This document shows positions 56,271-64,000 of a DNA stretch of 64,000 nt, in pieces. Origin of the DNA: Cyanophora paradoxa CCMP329. Lineage: Eukaryota > Plantae > Glaucophyta. How positions within the stretch are numbered: position 1 is the first letter of the stretch; every line of letters begins with the position of its first letter. Under the pieces are notes generated by a model. The model ran no database searches, was not told the DNA's origin, and worked only from the letters and a program-made list of their open reading frames with translations. The DNA is taken from NCBI GenBank assembly GCA_004431415.1, contig QPMI01000502.1, forward strand, positions 124,001 through 188,000. Direction: 5' to 3'. The translations under genes and the position numbers were made by a program.

Positions 56271-57955
56271 TTCCGTCGGCACTAGTACTCGGCCGTCGAA
56301 GGACTGGCGACTATTGGACGAGGATCCTCCGATTTCCGGAATTTCCGGAAATCGGGCGATTCTCGGGAGGGATCGAAACGGAAGACGGTGGTACCCGTCC
56401 CTTATTATAAGCCGACTCGATAACTCGCAGTAATTTCGCAGAAAGGAGCAGTCCGCGAAGCCCGCCTGGTTGCTGCCGCATCGCAGCAAGCTAGGCGCCG
56501 ACGCCCCGCCCACCTGACTCTCTTCACCTTCGTACGGTGCTCTGAGTCTGATTCCTACGACATGCTTTCCCCTGATTCTTGTGAACCGGCCGCTGATCAA
56601 AACCCGCGTTTTAGGCTCACAATGTCGGACTCTCACGGTTGTAATAATACTACGCCGGTTCTGCCCGAGGGCGCCGCTGCTGTTGTTCAGCAGGGGCCGG
56701 TTACAACGGGTCCAGGCTACTCTGACCACCACGGAGCCCGTCCGTGTGCGTAGTCCCCCTACTGCCCGTCTAGAGATCCGTGGATAGTCAGAAGCCTTGA
56801 TCCGAAGGGTTCTAGTCACCTTTTCACGGGCCTGCTCGAACGGCTGCGTTAACGGCCGTCGAACCCACGCCCCTACGACACCAGCCAAATTAACGGATTC
56901 GTAATTTTATCAAGGCTTGTCTCTGAACTATTCCCATTGGATAGGCACTTCCGGTCGGCGCGACTGCGGCTGGACTCGGTACTCGCACCGAGGAGACGGT
57001 GAAGGAGCGCCGGACCTCGGTCAAGTACGTCCATTCCCCGGAGTCGAACAAGCTCCGTCCGCAAACCGAGGAGCTCGATCGGGAGACCAAGCGGGTCACG
57101 GAGTCCTACCCGGTTACTAGCGCCGCGCCTGTCGATCCGACCCCGGCTGTCGGTCCGGTTCCGGTGACTGTGCCACTGGCCCCGACCTTCGCGGGCAAGG
57201 TGAGCTCGCCGCCGACGTTAAAACAGATCGTGCGCGACTAGGCCGTCATCGGCTAAGAGCCAGTCAAGTGGCCGCAACCGACGTTTTTTCTTCGCGAACA
57301 GATCTTTGATCAGTTCCCGGACGTCGGTCAGTCGTACTTCTTCGGAGCCAACACCGGCGCCTCCGTCAACTACGCGGCCCCCGTTCAGCAGCCGCCGGTC
57401 TACGTCGCGCCCCGGCCGGAGTCGGCGCCGGGACCGCGCGTACGCCTGTCAAGGTGGGCGCCGGCAAGACGCTGGTGCCGCGCAACCGCAAGGCCGAGCC
57501 CGAGGATCTCGAGCGTACGCTCTTCCCCGACACGCCCAGCGAGAAGAATTCGACCGGCACGTGCACCCCGCACCCCGATAACGGTTTTCTCGTGCGCTGT
57601 GCCGACGGTCACTGGATTATAGACGGCGGCTACTCACCGTCCTCGCCGTCCGGCTCGGCCTCCGGCGTCAAGCGTGGGTAAACGGGCGTCAACTGCGAAT
57701 TCAAAAGTACGTATACGTCTTGCCGCTTGTAGACTGTACATCCGCTGACGGTCAACTTTTGGGCATCGGTTCTCAGTGCTTCGGATCGTCGTTTACGGCC
57801 CGGAGGCAGTGCGCCCGTACTTTGTATATCGATCTCTGTGACCGGTTCCTTATACGTTCCTTTTTGGAACGAGCGCAGTGACATCAAAGTTTCTTTTCCC
57901 TCCCTTCCAACCCGCCCTGCTCGGTAGCATATCCTATTTCAATCAAACAGGAGCA

Positions 57956-59395
57956 ATGGCTGTGCAGGCTGCCAACGCAGCAGTAGCGGCGACGGAAGCC
58001 GTAGCTAAGGCTATCAAGCAGTTTAAGGTGGACTCGGATAGAAAGGATCTTCCACTGCCTGAACTGCGAGGCAATAAGATACTTCGCTTCCTTGAAGAGT
58101 ATGATCTCTTTAGCGCTAGTATCGAGGGCGACACGCCCGCGGAGGTTTCGAAGGCGCGCGCGAACGCACTTATGAAGTGCCTTCGGCGGTCGAATCAGCT
58201 CACGGCCACGAGTCTAGTGCGCTGCATTGAGCGGAGGCCGCACTCGATCGAAATGACTACGAGGCTTTGCGCACATATATTATAAACAAGTACACGGAGG
58301 CTCAGAACCCGGAGGCTGTACTAAGGCAGCACATACAAGAGGCCGCCTCGTCTCTCTGTGAGATCGATCGGCCAGGCTCACTGGAGGCCGGCATGTACGT
58401 GAAGGACTGCATTTCCTATCGACGCCTACTGAATATGGAAAACGTCTGGACCGATTCGACATTAATAAACGCGATGGCAATGGCCTTGAGCGAAAATAAG
58501 CGACTGCATAAGCTGGCGCACAAAGCCTACAGGAAGCTCACGGCGGCAAATAGCAACGTGGCTACCTGGGAAAAGCTATTCGTCGAGTACGTCACCGACG
58601 ACGCCGCCTACGCTATCCAGGCCGCGGCGGCAAAAGTGGCCGCAGTCCAGGAGCCCATGGGTCTGGCTCCGCCACCACCTCCAGCCGCGACGCCCGCCGC
58701 CCTCAAAGAGGTGATCAGCGAGGCCTTGCGCGAGCGCGACGTGGGACTCACTCGCGAGCTGGCGACGCTGCGAGCCAACATCGTGGAAGTCCGCGATCAC
58801 GTTGGCCAGCGCCCTGAAACTGCGGAGGGTACAGTGAGCCCGCGCCGCAGGGATACCAGCGGCAGCAGCAGGGTACCCGCAGCAGGGCCAGGGTATCAAC
58901 GCCCGCGGTCCGATCAGCGGCAGCAGAGGCCGGAGCGCAAACGCCCTCCGAACGCCGGCTTTGATGCTGACGGCCGGATCATCTGCAATTACTGTGGGAA
59001 GAGCGGGCACATTATAGCTGAATGCCGCACCCGCAAGATGGAAGAGGGAACTGCAGCCGCTCGTGGGATGCGCCAGCAGCCGCCCAGCAGCAGCAGAGCT
59101 TCGGCTCTGGGTTCAAGCGTCAGCGCCAGGACGAGAATTTCTCGCAAGGCGGGGTAAGAAACCTTTCAAGGGAAAGGGAGGCTATCAGGGCCGCCCCTTC
59201 CAGTCGCAAGGCGCAGCCTCGAACGTCCAGTGTGACTTCTGTGGCCGGTTCAATCACACTGCGGACAAGTGCTTCTTTAAGAAGAAGCAGGACGAAGAGC
59301 AGCAGAAGGAGAGGCAGACCGCAGCGATCGCGGCTCTCCAGCAGCAGCTGCAAGAGTTGAACTTTCGTAGCCAGGGCGGGAGGCCCTCAGCGTAA
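57956..59395 (+). CDS. gag: Retrotransposon Gag with two CCHC zinc knuckles (frameshifted in this sequence)
   Basis: ILRFLEEYD; CNYCGKSGHIIAEC; CDFCGRFNHTADKC. Confidence 0.8.
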
Positions 59396-60153
59396 AACTG
59401 CAAATAAAGTCAGTCGCGAGCGAGCTCAGCCGAGTCGCTCGGTTGTACAGTCACCTGTAAATACGCGTGATTTCGCGGACAGGAACCCGTATGCAGTGCT
59501 CACAGTCGAGGACGTGAGCTCGACGCCTTCCAAGTGTGAAACGGAGCAGCAAAATAAACGTAAATACGAAACGGACGATGAATACCCGTTGCAAGCTGAA
59601 GAACACGCGCTCGACTTGGAAGATGCAGGCAGCGTCGGCATGACCGAAGGCATCCTGGGGCCCAGGACAGCGTCGGCGTGACCGAAGGCACCTATGCCCT
59701 GCGCAAGACTGGCCCCGGCTCAGCGCCAGTGCAGGATGCGGGAGCTCGACCCGGCCCAGACCAGCAAGGTCAAAGGCCAAGGCGGCGTACCTCAAAGAGC
59801 ATCGCTCGAAGGGCGCCCAGGGCAAAGCTCTCAAGAGAGGATGGCTGGATCGTCACATGCTCGGCTCGCCTCGCCTGGGACGCTCAGGTGGGAGTATTGA
59901 GTTAGCCGTGCGGTCTGGACGTACTTCTGATATGGGATGAAAGAGGGACGAGCAGCCTCGGCGCTGCACAGTCTCCTGACTCGGCGACGGTACCTGATCA
60001 TGGTGAGCCAACCCCTCGTGGAGCGGACCAACAAAAGGCCGCAAGCGAAGGCGGACTTAGTCCGGTCGCACCTAAACGAGTCGAAAGAAAGCTCTTTATC
60101 CCAACTAATCGCAAGTTGGTTGAGCGAGACTTACAGCGCGCCGGCAAGCGGCT

Positions 60154-63100
60154 GTGTGTAAAGGAAACCTCATCTCCAGCGCCCGCAGCAAACACGGCGG
60201 AGATGAGCATCAATTTTGCAGATCTGTATACAATCCCACAGATCAGAATGAGGTAGACGCACTAGTTGCGGAATTATTAACGGAGGCCGAGGTGCTAGCA
60301 CCCACCTCGACGCGACGGAGAGGCGTCCACGCCTATGTAAAAATCAAGGTCAATAGCAACAGCGCTATCGATGCATTAATAGATAGCGGTGCAGCTTATT
60401 CAATCGTTGCAGAGGCGGTGATTAAACACTTTGGCTTGGAGAAGCATATCGACCGCTCGTTCACATGCTCGTTTGCAACAGCGGACGGCTCTCCGGTTAA
60501 GTGCGTAGGGCTGATCTATCTTGACATCACCCTAGGGAGCATGGTACATGCTCGGCAGCCTTTCTTCGTGTGGAAGCGGTTGCCAACGAACGTCATTCTA
60601 GGCGCAGACTTCGTCAAAGCAAATCGCTGGTTAATAGACCTAGCGGACGGACTGCTGATCCATAAAGATAAAATGGACGACCAAGTAAAAATGATGAATG
60701 ACGAGAAGGCACCAGCGATGACGCTGCCCGAGGACGTGCGCATCCCTCCGGCATCTGAGAAAAATATTCAGCTGGTGCTGCGAGACGCCCTCACTCAGCC
60801 GAAGGACGGGACCTGTGGTTTGATGGAACGGTCCGGAGCATTTGCAGTGCAGCACGACCTCATGCCTGCAGACACCGTGACCAAGTGGGACGGCGGCACA
60901 TGTACAGTGCGAGTGCTGAACCCCAGCGTCAAGGGCGTCGTCCTGCGCAAAGGCACGGCGGTCGGCTACTGGACAGAGGCATCACAATTAAATATAAGCA
61001 CCATATTTGAAAACGGCGCAGTGAACAGTAAGGAACCAGCGATGCGCGCCGCAGTCGCAGCAGTAGCTGAGGCAGCACGCGGCCAGCTTGAGCCAACCAC
61101 CTGTTGGTGTGGGCAAGCACATTGCAAAGAGTGTCAGGCTAAAGCAGCTGACAAAGATTGGCAAGAGCTAAAAACCAGACTAGACGTCGGCTTCGACGAG
61201 CTACCCGCTGCTTACGCGACTCGGTGTATGATGTGCTTTATGCAAAACGACATATGTTTACCTTAAGCTATAAGGTAGAGCCAGGCAAAACGATGCCTGC
61301 AGAATTTGCGCATGTAATCGACACCGGTGATCACAGGCCAATTCGTGTCCCCTGCGTCAAATGGACCCTATTCGAAGGGCCGAAATTCGAAAAATCATTC
61401 AGGAACAGTTAGACGCTGGAGTGATCGTACCTTCAAAATCGCCGTGGGCATTTCCAGTAGTATTGGCGAAAAAGAAGGATGGTACTTGGCGTTCTGCGTA
61501 GATTACCGTCAGTTGAATACAATCACAAAACAGGATGCTTACCCGCTTCCTCGCATCGACGATATATTCAATAATCTGCAAGGCGCAGTAGTATTCTCCA
61601 CGCTCGATATGGTCTCAGGTATTGGCAGCTGCCCTTATCTGAGGAAAGCAAAGAGAAAACTGCCTTCAGGACGAGTGAAGGACAGTTTGAATTCACGCAA
61701 CTACCGTTTGGTCTCTCGGGAGCGCCGCGGAGCTTTCAAAACGCCATGAATATTATCCTTTCCGGCTTGGCATGGACGCACGCGCTGTGTTACCTCGATG
61801 ACCTGGTGGTTTACAGCCGGTCAATTGAAACGCACGCTAGAGACCTGAACAAGGTGTTATCTCGACTGGATGAGGCGAACGTACGTCTGAAACCCACAAA
61901 ATGCAAGTTCGCGAAGGCGGAAGTCGAACTACTGGGCCATGTGGTCGATGCATCAGGGTACGTGTGGACCCAAGAAAGTCCAGATTCTTCATGACTGGCC
62001 GCAGCCTAAGACAGTCCGTCAGCTGCGAGGTTTTCTGGGTTTCGCGTCTTATTACAGGAAATTTATTGAAGGATTTTCTGTTCTAGCAGCCCCTCTCACG
62101 TCCTTATTACGGGCACGGATACCGTGGATGTGGAAGGAGGCGCAGCAAGAAGCTTTCGAAAAGCTAAAGAAAGACTGACATCTGCACCGGTGCTGCAATA
62201 TCCGGACTTCGGTCGACCCTTCATTGTACAGACTGACGCTTGCGTGGACGGCTTCAGCGCAATTCTTAAACAAAAAGACGGTCAAGGTCGTGAATATATT
62301 GTGGGTTGTGCCAGCAGGACGACCACTGACTCGGAGCGCAACTACTGGCCGACGGACCTCGAGGGTGCAGCAGCAGTCTGGGCAATTACGGAACAGTTCC
62401 GACCGTACTTGGAACTCGGACCTTTCACCCTGCGTACGGACCATGAGGCGCTGCTGGCAATTTTCAAGCCAAATTATCCCTTAAGCGGGATGGCAGCAAA
62501 TCGCGCGACAAAATGGGCAGTAAAATTGCAGAGATTTATGCCATTCACGATCGAGCACGTGAAGGGTAAAATCAACGGTGATGCGGACGTGATCTCGCGT
62601 TTATATGACTATTATGGTAAAGTGAGACCCGGAGGGATGTGACTACCTCGGAGGTGTCAACGCAGACGGACAGTGACTCAAGCCCCAGCCTGGGCGTGAA
62701 TGCGGTCTCTGCGTCGAAAAATGAGGAAAACGAGCTTGAGGATAACGTGGGCACAGAGAGCCCGGCTACACTAGCCGCGTCGCTCACGAACCTGCTCGCA
62801 CCGGCTCAAGCGGGCAGCGGGCCCCCGTCCCTATTCGAGCTAGCAAAGCTGAACCTGACGGCAACACTTGCTAGTCAGGGTGATCGATTGGCGATCACGG
62901 AATTTCTAAAAAGAAGAGAGGTAGCGCACCGGCTTAAGAACAAGCCAGTGGTGCAGCCGCCGCGAATTGTGCATTTCACACTAGCACCAGCAGACAACCC
63001 CAGAGCAGAGCAGCTCATGGGTACTCGCAGCTGGAAGCAGCACATCGATAAACTTCCTTTGAGTCAGGCGGCAGTGCTCAGTCTGCATATTATGCCAGGG

Positions 63101-64000
63101 CAAGACAGGCGAGGCCGGCAGGGACCTTGCCTCGGATTCCGGAAAACGCTGCAGAAAGTGAAAGATGCCTCAAATATAGCAGGCGCAGCGATTCCGGGCT
63201 GGATGGTTCGCATCGTACGCGCAGCAGTCGATATCTGCCCGCTGTGCAGGAGTCGGCGCCAGCGCAAACGTCGAGTGCAGCAGCGGGGGAGTTACCTGCC
63301 GTAGCGACGACCAGCAGTCGTCGGCCACAGCGGATCTCGCGTACGTGACGCACAGCGCGACGATCCGACCTGGCGGGCATTAATTGATTTTATGGAAGGT
63401 GGTGAAGCAGCACAAAAGCTTACAGTCAAGGAACGCGAGGCGTTAGCTGTACAGTCACAGGATTATAAGTTAGGTCCTGGCGGTCTGCTGCTTCATCTAT
63501 CGTATCCTCACGGAGAGACACGTGAGCGCATCGTGATCCCAGTTTCCTGCGAAAGGAAATTATTAAAGAAGCGCATAGCGGCTTTGGATCGGGACACGGC
63601 GGTTATCATGCGACGAATAATCGACTTCAGCGGAATTTTATTGGCCCCGGATGCGGGACTCGGTTCGCAAATATGTATCTCTGTGCGAGCACTGCCGCAC
63701 CCAGAAATTCGATAGGCCGACTAGCAAAGAGCCTACGCCGCGATATTCGTCTCGGCCTATGCAGCGATGGCAGATGGACGAAGTCAATTTCGCTGGCAAG
63801 GGGGGAAAGGCGTTGATCACCTTCGAAGACACGTTCAGTAAATGGATGTGTGCGTCGGCGCATGAAAGCGTAAATGCGCAGACCATTATTCAAGCAATCC
63901 TGGCGGTGATCTACGAGCACGGCTTAATGATCGAACTTGAATGCGATCAAGGGTCAGCTTTCACGTCGAAAGAAGTGCGCAAGTTTCTCACCTCGATGGG
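60154..64000 (+). CDS. pol: Retrotransposon Pol: aspartic protease, RT, RNase H, integrase (multiple single-base frameshifts; truncated at window end)
   Basis: ALIDSGA; FCVDYRQLNTITKQDAYPLPRIDD; YLDDLVVYS; LRGFLGFASYYRKFI; FIVQTDAC; LRTDHEAL; HSGFGSGHGG..CEHC; RWQMD..DQGSAFTS. Confidence 0.92.

Larger units (their letters stand above)
55923..64000 (+). mobile_element. Ty3/Gypsy LTR retrotransposon (continues beyond the window)
   Basis: Order gag-PR-RT-RNaseH-IN; putative LTR starting TGTTA; PBS. Confidence 0.92.

Overview
Gene-dense, very GC-rich nuclear DNA from a photosynthetic eukaryote. Nuclear psbO and plastid ftsY carry Phe-near-N-terminus (MAF-type) transit peptides, and genes are split by many ~50-70 nt GC-rich introns; by inference this fits a glaucophyte such as Cyanophora. 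The supplied ORF track ignores splicing and is mostly misleading, so genes were rebuilt by reading exons. Positions 1-53 kb hold about 16 spliced genes: a C2H2/coiled-coil protein, a 2-TM Cys-rich membrane protein, GH38 alpha-mannosidase, a large hypothetical protein, a hidden SelW/Rdx selenoprotein (in-frame UGA plus a type-II SECIS), gamma-glutamyl hydrolase, an ankyrin-SET protein, a long coiled-coil protein, psbO, ftsY, an F-box/PP2-like protein, a NUMOD3 protein, PRP39, two hypotheticals and a divergent HECT E3 ligase. From 53.2 kb there is the 3' half of a Helitron-like element (PIF1 helicase, hairpin plus CTAG end), interrupted by a Ty3/Gypsy LTR retrotransposon that runs off the window end. 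Best findings: the selenoprotein, a promoter plus transit-peptide cassette shared by two unrelated genes, frequent GC-AG introns, a recurring GGGGTAC motif in divergent promoters, and an LTR element with a long leader and a doubled integrase Zn-binding domain.
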